Notes under the pieces: generated by a model
Database searches by the model: none
What the model saw: the letters and a program-made list of their open reading frames with translations, nothing else
What the model was told of the DNA's origin: nothing
Shown: piece by piece, positions 26,560 to 38,218 of the stretch
Layout: every line of letters begins with the position of its first letter
Position numbering within the stretch: the stretch's first letter is position 1
Made by a program: the position numbers and the translations under genes
Origin: Monocercomonoides exilis PA203
Taxonomy: Eukaryota > Protista > Preaxostyla
Reading direction: 5' to 3'
DNA: 64,000 nt
Assembly: GCA_001643675.2 (NCBI GenBank)
Contig: LSRY02000016.1
Location: 1,612,001-1,676,000, forward strand

Positions 26560-26954
26560 TACCAACATTTGCTTGTCAAGTTATGATTTTTATTCTTTTT
26601 ATGCTCTCTGATATCAGATGGAATTTGGATGAAAAACCAGAAAAGAAGTGAAATGAAGCAAGATAACTGAAGATAACAAAGGAATGGATGGTGGAGAAGC
26701 TGAATGAAAAATGTTTACTGATTTTTTTCATGAACCTCTTGAAAAGACGAATCATTTGAGGAATAAAAGATGAAAATGAAAAATAGAAAAAAAAAGTTAT
26801 CTTTTTTTGCAGCTTCGTTTCACTTTTAATAAGTTAAAGGAAAAGAAAAGAATTTTGAAAAAAACTTTAAATGACTGTTTTCTTTTGATTTTGCGAAATG
26901 ATCAAAGAAGAAAATGAAAATTTTGAGTTTAAAAGCACAATTAATATCATTTCA

Positions 26955-27345
26955 TTAAATATTCACTAAATAATATGAAATATTCAACGTTAATTCACTG
27001 CTATATCTGATAATATAATTAATTTTTCCATAAAAGCTAACAATAACATCTTCATATCCTTCTTCTTCCATCTTCTCAATTGCTTTTTTTTCCAAGACTT
27101 TTACATCCTCATCTCTTCTATCGCTCAGTTTTTCCTCTTTCTTCGTTATTTCTTTGCCTTTTTGCATTTTCCTCAAAATGTCATCTCCAAAATGAAATCT
27201 GCCAGAAATGGAGTCAAATGAATATCATTTCTTTGTGGCATAAGAACATAGAGATAAAAACAGATGTGATATAGAATATCCAAAACACAATTGAAATACA
27301 AAACAATTAAAAATTTCATGAAAACTTTCAAGAAAAACAAACATT
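26955..27345 (-). pseudogene. 3' fragment, probably of the multicopy helical family (KMEEEGYED C-terminus)
   Basis: ORFs 26955-27176 and 27173-27388 are frameshifted pieces; 5' end truncated. Family assignment rests on recall of the family's C-terminus. Confidence 0.55.
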
Positions 27346-27349
27346 CAAC

Positions 27350-28810
27350 AGGCATTCGTTGCTGCTGCATTCTATTTGGGGATGCCATTTATCCATCTTC
27401 AACTGATCTTGTTTCTCTGAAGAACAAAAGTGAATCTCAGTCAAGTGGAAATGAAAAACTTGCTGAAAGTGGATAAGGATCAAATCCGCCTTGGGCTCTT
27501 ATTATCGCAGTAATATTTGTTGTTCTTATTGTTTCAATTATTGTCACCGTTCGATAAAGAAAACAAAAAAGACGAACAAAGATCTGAGAGAGATTGTGAA
27601 TGATAACATCAAAAAGGATCCGAAGGCGTTTGAGATGGTGACGATGGAGATGTCGCCTGAGGAACAGTGGAGGAGAGCAGAGAGGGACGCTGAGAAGAAG
27701 AATGATGAGAGGATAAAGAAGAGAGTGTATGAGAAAAACTTGGGCCATTCAGAGTCATCAGAGCATTTGTTGAGTGAGAGTGGATCGACTGAATATATAT
27801 TGGGAAGAGATTCAGACAAGATTCCAGAATGGGCACTGGAGAAAGATGATGAAGAGGAAATTCGAAAGCGAACACCATCGCCATCGATTTCATCCACTTC
27901 AACAACAGACACTTCAGACACAGATTCAACATTTGTTCGAGGAGAGGATCTGTGCCCCACCACCTCATCCATGTCGAATCTGGTGGATGCGATGGCCTGT
28001 TCATCTCCTCACGAAAAGCTCATTGTGGATCTGAGGGATTCGCTGTTCATGCTGTTGCATGGGTTGAATAAGACAAAGGAGATGGCAATTGGGAGTTTGA
28101 AGGAGAGGGAGCAGACAGCTGCCCAGATCTTGTTCTGGGTAGCCAATCTTGCGCTCCATTCATTTGACGAAATGGAAAATGAGCTTTCCTCTTTGGCCAA
28201 TCTCAGTCCCCACATTGTGCTGTTCTCAGAACACGTGGTCATCTGCATTGCCCTCCACTCCGACTGCTCGTCAGACTCTGACACTTCATCTGTCTCTTCA
28301 GCCTCCACCATTGCCACATCTTCCTCTGATGTTTCTGTGAAGAGCGAGAGATTCACAAAATCACCACCTCCTTCATCTGCCTTTGAGGATGAGGATGACA
28401 ACAGAAAAGAGTGCATGAGGTGGAAGGCGCCTGAGCTGCTGATCAACAAGAAGATGGGAGCAACAAAGGAATCAGTTGCCTTCTCGATTGGGATGATGTT
28501 GTGGGAGTGTCTGACGCTGAATATTCCGTTTGGGGAGTATGAGGCAGAGGTTGCTGGACAGAAGATAGCCAATGGAGAAAGACCAAATTTGGAGATGGTC
28601 AATTCGTCGTCTTTGGCTGAAATTATCCCATCATGTGTTTCAGAAGACATCTCAAAACGAGTTGAACTCACCGTTCTCAAGAGAGAGTTCATCCAGCGGT
28701 TTCCAAAAGATGCTGTGATATTCACTGTTTCTGATGCAGTTGATGTTGATGAAGACACAAACATCTCAGACAGCAAGCAAGAGCCCACAGTGAGATTTGA
28801 AGTGCATTGA
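27350..28810 (+). pseudogene. 5'-truncated TM receptor-like gene with degenerate protein-kinase C-lobe
   Basis: MRWKAPELL..FSIGMMLWECLTLNIPFGE (kinase subdomains VIII-IX; no HRD/DFG). The TM segment WALIIAVIFVVLIVSIIVTVR (~27490-27555) is out of frame and ends in a stop; no ectodomain. Confidence 0.75.
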
Positions 28811-29011
28811 AAAGCCATTGAAAAGTCAAAATGTTCAAAAAAAAGATTGATCAAAGTTGTTCAATTCATTAACGTGATCATTAATTTCAGTTCATTCGGA
28901 ACAAGAATGATTTGTGCAAATAACAATCTTTTCACAAAGGAAATTTTCTCATTTGCTTTTTCTTTTAACAAATGTGAGACTGAAAGAATTTCATAACATA
29001 CATATATATGT

Positions 29012-29267
29012 GGGTAATTATTTTTGAATCCATATTTACTCTCTCAAAAATTTCGGTTTGAGTTTTCATTTTGAATGTGGATAAATGAACAATGAAAAGT
29101 TTTTCCTCCTTTTAAAGATTATTTTATCTCGAATAATTTCTCACGCATTGATTATAGAAACAATTATCTTTTTTTTTCTTTTTGAATGAAATTTTCCTCA
29201 TTATTGAAACAAAACGTCAAAAGAATCAACACTCCGAAAAAAGTTATGATTTCAAAAATAATTACCC
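29012..29267. mobile_element. GGG...CCC MITE family A (256 bp)
   Basis: GGGTAATTATTTTTGAA / TTCAAAAATAATTACCC; exact TSD ATGT at 29008-29011 and 29268-29271. Confidence 0.9.
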
Positions 29268-29873
29268 ATGTTTTAAGAATTTTGTGATTTTGCATACAAC
29301 TTTGAGAAAACTGTTATTTATTGAATTTTTAAGTTCATGCATATCACAGAATCTCAAAACTGGAATGTTTTTATAAATAGCACTTATTTGTTGCCTCATT
29401 CATTAAATAAAAAGCTGAACAAAAAAGGAGTGAATCATTTTTGGTTCTTGTTAAATGATTATTGTGGAATGATTTGTATTGATTTCATGGTATTCAGAGA
29501 AATAAAAACTCATTATACTTTTTTCAGTTACTCTTTTCATTCTATCATTAAACTGTGTATGTTTATCTTCAACTCATTGTTGATGTTTGAAAAGCTAATC
29601 TTCTGAATGACTATAAAGAATTTCAACTCAGGAAAGCGAAATTGAAGCTCTTAACTCATCCAATGAATTTTTCTTAAAGGGATATCTCTTGTACATTTTT
29701 TATCATTTATCCAACATCATGTCTCATTTTTTTGTTTCAAATATGAACTGAAAAAAAAAAACTTTATGCAGTTAAAATCGGATTTAAATATATCTTGTTT
29801 TGGGCTTCTTTTTTCAACTCCATCCGATTGTGATCACAAAAAATATCGCATTTCACAGAAAATATATGAATAT

Positions 29874-30114
29874 GGGTTATTCTTTTTGAAAAGTCGCAAA
29901 TGTTTTATTTTTTAAAGAAATCAAAATTTTCATATTTTGCTCCAATTTTTGTTTCTTCTCAAAAATCTTCTTTGGAATGTCTGAAATTGCATTATTCAGA
30001 AATAGATTCCGTATTAGTGAAGTTTTGTATATGTTTTCAAAAATATGAACAAAATATGAATTTTTTGATTTTCAAAAATATTAAACATTTGTGACTTTTC
30101 AAAAAGAATAACTT
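29874..30114. mobile_element. GGG...CCC MITE family B (241 bp)
   Basis: GGGTTATTCTTTTTGAAAAGTCGCAAATG / CATTTGTGACTTTTCAAAAAGAATAACTT (terminal CCC decayed); TSD ATAT on both sides; inverted homolog of 5978-6217. Confidence 0.85.
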
Positions 30115-30118
30115 ATAT

Positions 30119-30363
30119 GGGACAAAATATTTGACTTCAGGCATTTTCATTGACTTTTTGAGATAATAAAACACAAATAAAATGAATCCATTTTTTGACA
30201 TTCGTTAAATGTTGGAAAACTTTATGTTTTGTTATCAACGATGCCTGTTTTCTGAAATGAAAATCAAATTTATTTTGAAATCCAGTTAAGTTTAAAATGT
30301 TATGAGTGAAGCAATTTTTCTATGCCTTGTGCAAAAAAAGCATGAAAGTCCATATTTTCCCCC
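30119..30363. mobile_element. GGG...CCC MITE family C (245 bp, short TIR)
   Basis: GGGACAAAATAT / ATATTTTCCCCC; flanks ATAT/ATGT; inverted homolog at 57345-57612 (shared TTCAGGCATTTTCATTG). Confidence 0.75.
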
Positions 30364-30709
30364 ATGTATCTTTATTTTTGGGCTATTTTTTCTTTTTTTG
30401 AAGATTCTTCATAAAAACGAATTTTGCACTTTTGCAAACGATTTTTTTTCAATAAAAACGAATAACACACATATTCAAACATAATTTTTTTATCATAAAA
30501 TAAAATTTTGTGATCAAAATTTTAATTTTTCATTAAAAATGTCATCCATTGTCATTTAATTGGATAATATGTTTTTGAGCATGTGATTATATACGATAAG
30601 AAAAGAATAAAAAATGGAAAAAAGTGTTCGTGAACAGAAAAACGTCACTTTTCAACGAAAAATATTTCTTTTGATTCTATGATTTTTGATTTGGTCTGTT
30701 TGTTTATTT

Positions 30710-30966
30710 GGGTGTTTATTTTTGAAATAATAACTTTTTTCGTTGTGTTGATTATTTGAATGTTTTTCATCAATTTTTTAAAAGAATTTTCTTCAAAATG
30801 TGAAGCGCATGACAATTAACACTAATGAAAAAGTTTGACTTGAATAAATGAAAGGGAAGTCACAAAATGGATATATCACTTTTTCGGGTCCATTTGTGAA
30901 TAATTATAACAAATATTTAACCCAAAATTTTTTACAGAAATAATAGGGTTTCAAAAATAATAAACC
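30710..30966. mobile_element. Degenerate family A MITE, reverse orientation
   Basis: Left end GGGTGTTTATTTTTGAAATAATAACTTTTTTCG resembles the reverse complement of the right end of 29012-29267; right end TTCAAAAATAATAAACC; TSD decayed. Confidence 0.6.
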
Positions 30967-31491
30967 GTATGGAATGTGAACAAAATACCAATCGTCGCAA
31001 AAAAAATTACGGATAAGATTGATTCTTAAATAACGGCAAGAGAATTAATTCTGATTATTTCACTTTATATACATGAAATTTTGGAGATATAGGATTTTGA
31101 ATTTCTCCGAGCTTTCGAAAATGGTATTTGAAATATTTTGTCAACACGAAAATGAAAATTTCGTCTATCAACTGAGTTAGAATGGTTAAGATTCATTAAA
31201 AGAACAATTGTCAGAATAATTCCTCTTGCAGTACTCGAGAAATCGATCTAATCCGGTATTTTGCGTACATTTTATATTTTATGGAAATTTTTATTCAATC
31301 TTCGATTTGATTATTATTGTTTCTTTTTTTAATGCTTCAATGATAATTAAGAAACATTTAATAATTTTGTGCGCAATCAACAAATTTTTAAATTTAATGT
31401 CACTTTCATTGGCGTTATTTCTCCATTGAAATATTCAAAATATTAATATTTCTCCTAACTTGTTTTTTTACGACAATTATGATTCATGATA

Positions 31492-31853
31492 TAGGGTGGT
31501 CCATATTTCTTTGTAAAAATAATAAAAAATGGGAAATCAAAAATAAAAATATCAAAAAATATTCGATAAAACTGAATTTTGTTTGTTAATCGGTTTGTAA
31601 ACTGATTAAATACATGATAGGCTTCAATTTGTTAAAGTTTGGAGCTTCCAGATATTTGAACAATTCGTTCCTGGAATACAAAAATTTTTCTAAATATTAC
31701 AACAGATATGATTTTTCAATGGTTTGATAGTTGGAAAAGGTGATTGCAATTTGTAACGACTCATAAAGGTGATTATTTTTATGAAAAATGTTTTTTAACA
31801 TAAATAAAAATACAACATTTAATAATTTTAACATAATATTATGGACCACCCTA
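31492..31853. mobile_element. Tc1/mariner-type MITE (362 bp)
   Basis: Perfect TIR TAGGGTGGTCCATA / TATGGACCACCCTA flanked by TA; resembles CAGGGTG-type Tc1/mariner ends. Confidence 0.75.
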
Positions 31854-32086
31854 TATTTTGACACGACTTGAAATTCTTGGGAATCAATAATGTTGCTTTT
31901 CAAACTTTCGATCTTTATTAATGAAATGAATAAATCTCATTTTTATGCAATTTCTGTGAAATGAGAAAACTGAAAATCGAATGATGTTTTCAAAATCAAC
32001 TCAAAAAATGACCCATTTTGCAGAACAAATTGGAGATTTTAAGATCATTCCCTTTATATAACTCATTTATTTCTATCCTTTACGAA

Positions 32087-33535
32087 ATGAGCATTAAAAT
32101 TTTGTTATTTTTAATTATTTTGGGGAAATTCAGTTACAATACAAAGGAAATCTATATTACCAGAAAAGGAGAAGACGTTGAAAGCTGTGGAGATCAAAGC
32201 AATCCCTGCATGACAATGAAATATGCTTTGAGTCATTATTATTCACAAAATAAATTTTCCTTTATTGTTCCACCGGAAAATATAAATCAGCCTCCAATTG
32301 AATTTTTTGATAGAAGTGTCGAATTGTTGGTGGAAAATGACTCAGACTCACCAATGATAATTCCAGATCAATCAAGCTTGTCTGCATTATTCTGCATAAA
32401 TTCCTCGAACTTTTCAGCGACATCGTTTTGCTTTAATGTTTGTGCATTTAAAGATGGAATGAATCCTTTTCTAAGCGCGAATGATAACTCAAATGTTACA
32501 CTTGTAAATGTTAGTGTGAAAGCAAATTCTGAGGATTCAGCTGATCCAATGAATAATGATCCATTTATTATTTTGAAAAAATCAATAATCGCTTTCAAAT
32601 GTTGTTATTTTTATGATCTTCGAAATTTGACTGAATTTAATACCTTTCAAAAAAGTATTGCATGCGAATGGAAACACGGATGCATTGAATTAACTGACTG
32701 CAATGCTACTGTTGAAAGCACACTATTTCATCACGGCGTGTTTGGATTCATTTATCAGAAAGGTGGATCATTAGTCCTCACGAAAGATACATTTGAGACT
32801 TTTTATTTTATGGCGGGTACGAAAATGAAAAGGACGGTCCATTGCGAGAATGAAGGTAATTTGAGCATTTCTTCAATTAAAACGCATCATCACTACAATG
32901 AGTTGGAAGATTTGTTTATGGATATTGGAAACTGCAAAGTAGTGAAGAACGAGAATCCTGGAAAATACGTTTATTTTCATGTGAATATTTCAAATGTTAC
33001 ATGTGAGTTTCAGGAGAGTTATGATTGGCTGAATTTTTACGTGACTGGATATGGATTTACGCTTTGTAGATCTCGAATTCTGCTTACATTTACTCCGAAG
33101 AATTCAACAGAAAAAGTTGTTTTCATTAAGGATCATGCTGGCTCCTATGGTTTTGATACAATTCAATTTGATATGCTTTACAAAGAATTGAAAGGGGCTA
33201 AAACAGTTGCGGTTCAGATTGAATATCCTTCGGAAAAGGACTACGGCGCAGGAACAGATGTCACATCTGAACACATCGTGAAAATACCTGAGAATATTAA
33301 AGAATATGAAAATTTGATTAAAGCAAATGCGATTCATGCAAAAAAATTGGAGATAGCAATCATCGTTTTATCTTCGTGTTTCGTGGTAACAATTGCTGTG
33401 GTGATTGCGCTGACGGCTGTGGTTGTTGTTGCCGTTCTGAAAAAGAGAAAGAAAAGACTAACAAAAATTGGATCTGTTCCGAATAGCAGGGAAAGGGAAT
33501 CTCTTTTTGGGGAAAAGGAAGAGGAAAAATTGTAA
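32087..33535 (+). CDS. Type-I membrane/surface protein, probable beta-helix-like ectodomain, intronless
   Basis: Signal peptide MSIKILLFLII; G.D...CG....PC.T.. N-terminal motif; Cys/Asn-rich beta-like ectodomain; TM IAIIVLSSCFVVTIAVVIALTAVVVVAVL followed by KKRKKR. Confidence 0.8.
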   Translation: MSIKILLFLIILGKFSYNTKEIYITRKGEDVESCGDQSNPCMTMKYALSHYYSQNKFSFIVPPENINQPPIEFFDRSVELLVENDSDSPMIIPDQSSLSALFCINSSNFSATSFCFNVCAFKDGMNPFLSANDNSNVTLVNVSVKANSEDSADPMNNDPFIILKKSIIAFKCCYFYDLRNLTEFNTFQKSIACEWKHGCIELTDCNATVESTLFHHGVFGFIYQKGGSLVLTKDTFETFYFMAGTKMKRTVHCENEGNLSISSIKTHHHYNELEDLFMDIGNCKVVKNENPGKYVYFHVNISNVTCEFQESYDWLNFYVTGYGFTLCRSRILLTFTPKNSTEKVVFIKDHAGSYGFDTIQFDMLYKELKGAKTVAVQIEYPSEKDYGAGTDVTSEHIVKIPENIKEYENLIKANAIHAKKLEIAIIVLSSCFVVTIAVVIALTAVVVVAVLKKRKKRLTKIGSVPNSRERESLFGEKEEEKL

Positions 33536-34518
33536 AAAGAAAATTAGATTAAATTAAATAAAGTGTGATGCTTCAATATTATTATTAACTAAACGATTGG
33601 ATGTTGATCTAGCTACGTGTGGAGGAGAATGCATCTATAAGTGCATTCTTAATATTAATATTCTTTGAAGATTAGTCAAACAGACTGATTCTTTTAATCT
33701 TATAGGGAAAAAAAAATTTTTTTTATATTTTTATTTCTGGATTTTTGAGGAAAGTCCAACTTTTTTTGTTATTTAAGATGTTTTCTTTGATTGTGGATTA
33801 ATTAAATAAGTTTTGTTAGGAGTGTTTTTCTTTTGTTGACTGTAGCTTTGATTGTTTGGCATTTAGTTAGTTGTCAAATTTTTTCTTTATGTTAAATAGT
33901 TTGTTGAATGTATTTTTGCAAGTTTTTTCTCTTTAACATTGTTAACAAATTTTAAGAACAAAAATTTTAAAGTATTTTAATTGAAAGAGAATTTTTTGTA
34001 ATAAAAATATGTGAGTTATTGTTTTATATCTTTCTGTAAAATTTCCGGAGATTTTCTGCTGATACTTTCATTTTTTTCTTTTTATTTTTCTTTTCTTTTA
34101 ATTATTATTAAAAATTTTTTTTGAACGTATTTTTGGATATTTCAAGAAGCCTTCATAAATGAAAATTCATTTTCAAACAAGTTGGTTGACAATATGCTTT
34201 TGCTTTAATCTAATTTTGATCAAAAATTAAAACTTGAAAAAAATTACTCGAAATATATTTCGTACGAAAAGCATTTTTTTGTTACCAAAAATGAATAAGA
34301 AAAAAGCATTAAGTGAACAAATAGTACTCATTTTTTCTTTCAGAGCGACTGAAGCATTGATTTGGGTATATTTGCCAATTAATTTGTTAAAGATATTTGT
34401 TTTCAAAGCGAAAAAGAGAAAAAGAGACTGCCTGTAACAAAACGTAATAACCAAAATCAAAGAAAGAAATAATTAAATAATGGTATTAAATTCTGATAAT
34501 AATTTTGTTTTTTCAAGA

Positions 34519-37245
34519 ATGGAGCAATTTAAAGCTTGTCTTAAACTTTGCGGTGCTGGAGATGCTCTTGGATATCATGGCGGAAGATGGGAATTTTCGA
34601 AACTGTCTCAAATTTTAGTTGATTTGAAACAAATTGGAGGAGTAGATAATGTATAATTACTAAAACAAAATCTCAATTAACTGTGCAATTTGTTTATTGC
34701 AATAATTTATTTAGATAATTTTACGTGGAGATTCTTGGATTGTTTCAGGTTTGAAGATTTTTATATTCATATTTCATTTATTTTATGATTTGAAGATGAT
34801 ACTGTAATGCATAACGCTAGTGCGGAGGGGATGATAAATCCAGCACAAACAATGAGAGAGATGCTGATGAACATTTTTAGAGCTTATGAAAGATGCATGT
34901 CTCAAATGGTAAATTTTTGTTTTGTTTTTTTTTCAATTTATTTTCAATCAAAAATTGAAGGCGCGACGAGGAGCTGGAGTAACGTGCATGACAAGTGTGA
35001 GATTTTATATCTTTTGAATCAGTATAAAGGACTTAATTTTTGTTTGTTTGCTTGTTTATTTATTTTTTTCTTTTTTCAAAAACAGATCTTTCAATGTGTA
35101 AGGTTTGTTAAATAGAAAATTAGATTTTTCAAAGCTTTTATACATTTTTGATTTTTGAAAAATCGGTACAGCCAAAAGAACAATTTGATCAACTTCCTTT
35201 CAGTAAGAGAGGAGGAGGCTGTGGAGGTTTGAAGCGTTCTTTTACAAATAACTTAGCCATTCTACTTTTTATTTCATTCTTTATTCACAACGAATGCATA
35301 TAATAGCGTCAATGCGATCAATGTGCATTGGAATCCGCTTTAGCTTGCCGGAATTACTACCAAATTTGGTTGTAACTGCAATTGAAGCAGGCAGAATGTC
35401 CCATCACAATCCAACAGGATATTTGGGAGGAGTTGCTTCAGCTGTATTTGCAAGGTTTGCTTACGTGATTGGAAGAGTGTTGAGTGAAAAATCGAAAGAT
35501 AAATGTAATTTTTCAAAAAAAAAAATTCACATCGAATTTTTATCGCATCAGAAGAATTACTTTTATATTTGAAAGCGTTTTGTTGTTTGATTGAGTCAGA
35601 GACAGAAATAATTCTATCTTTTTTATATATTATTTATTTATTATTTTAACATTTAACTCTTGCTTTTAATGTTCACTGAATTTTAATTATCTATTCAAAT
35701 GTTCAAATCTATGCTTTCATTCTTATTAGCTATGGAATTCAGAAAGTTCCACTTATCAAATGGGGAAGCAAGTTTCGGGATGAAGTTATTCCGCTTTGCA
35801 AGACACACATTTCTGGAATGAAAGACCGTTTTCCGAAAGAAAACCTCGATGCTTTTGATTACTTTGAAAAGGTTTGAGCACCACAGTTGAAAGTGAGTGA
35901 AAGAATTTTTAGTGAAATGCTGATGGGGATAAACAGAAAGAATGAATGATAAAAGATAATAGAAAATTTTTGAATGTTTATTTTGTGAAATATCAATTAA
36001 TTATTTTGTTAAGTCAAAAAATTAAAACAAATAAAAAGCAAAGAAAATAATTTCTTTCTCTCTCTCTTTCTTTCTTTACCATAACCATCCTTTTTCTCTC
36101 AAAGCAATGGAAAAAGTATCTCGAAATCAGAGGGATTGCAGATGAAGACAATGAAAAAGAGCCTGTTTTCCCTGAGAAATACGGCTTTTCTGAACGAGAC
36201 AATTTTTATACGGTATGTTAGAAATTTTATTGTATCATTTTTTTTTTTTTTTTGAGTTTTTTAATGTATGTGTTGTTTAATTGCGTGTACATTTTAATAA
36301 AAATTGGGATAATTTTTTTGATATTTTAATCTGTTGAATGAATTATTTATTAATTTGTTTGCTTGTTTTATATTATTCTTCTTTCTTTTCTTTTCTTTTT
36401 TTTTTCCTTCCTTCTTTCTTTTCTTTTTCTTTCTTTTTTCAAACTTTTCGTCTCAGTCTCTTTCATTTCACGGCAACGGCGGTTCAAGCGGGCACGATTC
36501 AGTGCTGATCGCATATGACTGCCTTCTTCATACGAAGAACCTCGATGCAAGTGAAAGATGGAGGGCGATGCTGGAGCATTCAGCCATCCATTCAGGAGAC
36601 TCAGACTCCACAGCTGCCATTGCTTGCTCGCTGTATGCGGTGGTTGTGGGGATATGAGAAATTTTTTTAAAATAGAGTTGGGCATTTTTTTGTTATAAAG
36701 TAATTTCTTTTCTTTTCTTTTCTTTTCACAAGTTATTTACAAATTGGAGATGTTTCATTTGATTGCTCAACCAATTAATGTTTCTTTTATTTAATATCTG
36801 AATAATTTCATTCAATTTTTATTTCCCTCAATCATATTGATGTGTCAGGTATGGCTGTGTGTATGGTTTTGAAGGGGTCAATGCTCAACACACAAAATCT
36901 CTCGAGTTTGGAAACAAAATGGACAAGTTGGCAACTGACTTGTACAAAATAGCGTGTGACAGATCACATCCGCTGAATCGCCCAACAACCGTTGGAAAGA
37001 TTAATGATGTGCCAGAAGTGACTGTGCCGGTTGCGCTGAGCTGTGCGGAAGCAGAAGAAAAAGCTGATAAAACACAAGATGAACAAGGAAAAGACATGAA
37101 ATGTGAAGAAAAAGAGGAGGAGAAAAAAGTTGAAGATGCTGAGGTTTCTTCATCTACACAGCCATCATCTTCTTCTTCTGGTCCTTCTTCTGATCCTACT
37201 AATGTTTGTAGTTCAGCTACACCAGCTTCAAGTGCCTCTCCTTAG
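34519..37245 (+). CDS. ARH1: ADP-ribosylglycohydrolase (ARH1/DraG family), multi-exon
   Basis: GAGDALGY..WEF, VSDDTVMH, GGGCG/ASMRSMCIG, SHHNPTGYLGG, GGSSGHDS and HSGDSDSTAAIA motifs across GT-AG exons. Confidence 0.9.
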
Positions 37246-38218
37246 TATTCAATTCGAATTCTTTATTCAAATATGTTTCTGACAGACGATCATTAACAAA
37301 ACATTTTCTTTTCATTTTTTTGAATTTTTTTTTTAAAGTTCAGTTTGCATGTTTAAACTGATGTTCTTGCGTTTTTATATCATCATTTTGAATATGTGAT
37401 GATTTTTGTTTAATGTTTTAATTGGAAGAGTGCTTTTTTTTTTCTGAAAGAAAATGTTTATGATGAAAATAAAAATAATTTTCTTTGTGTGTAACTGATA
37501 TTTCGTGACTTTGCTCTTTTTATTCCTAATTCATTGCTATTTTAAAAGATATTCACTAAAAGAAATTCAAAATGAGGATATATGAAATAGAATTTAAAAC
37601 AAAATGGAGTTTTCATAATGAAAAATTGTTCTTGAAAATGAATTTTCTGGAGAATTTTCTTTTTTATCAAGAAGTATTTTTCACAAATGCAAATATTTAA
37701 CCCCTTTTTTCATGTGATATTCATTTCATTGCTTTGAACGAGACAAGAAAGAGAAAAAATATCTATCAGAAGAAAATGGATTTTTAATATGAATTCAGAA
37801 TTTATTATTTTGTCTTCTTTTTGGTGTATTTACCAAACAAATTGTTTAAAACTTTATTGAAATATTAAAAAAAAAAATAATAATAAATTTCCTCAAAGAT
37901 GAAAATGGATTAAACTAAAAATTCTTTGTTCATTAACATGAAAATTTGAATAAAAAAGTTTAGAAAAGAAAGGAAATAAATCAAAAATTTCTGCAAAGCG
38001 TAGCAGAAACCACAAAAAATCAATTTACCAACAAAACAGAATCCACTAAACTTTGTGATCCTGTTCGTAAATTTGAAGAATAAACGAAAATACTTCTAAA
38101 CTCTGCGAATAATTGAACAATCTTGTTAGTAATTTTCTTGCATGAATAGAAGATGCTTGCAACATCATTGCTAAAAAAATGGTTTTAAATTGCTTTCTCT
38201 TCCATTCATGAAAAAAAA

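Noticed and set aside
25185-28854. Antisense ORFs 25185-25688, 27544-27972 and 28009-28854
   Set aside because: Opposite-strand shadows of the transposase and the pseudokinase.
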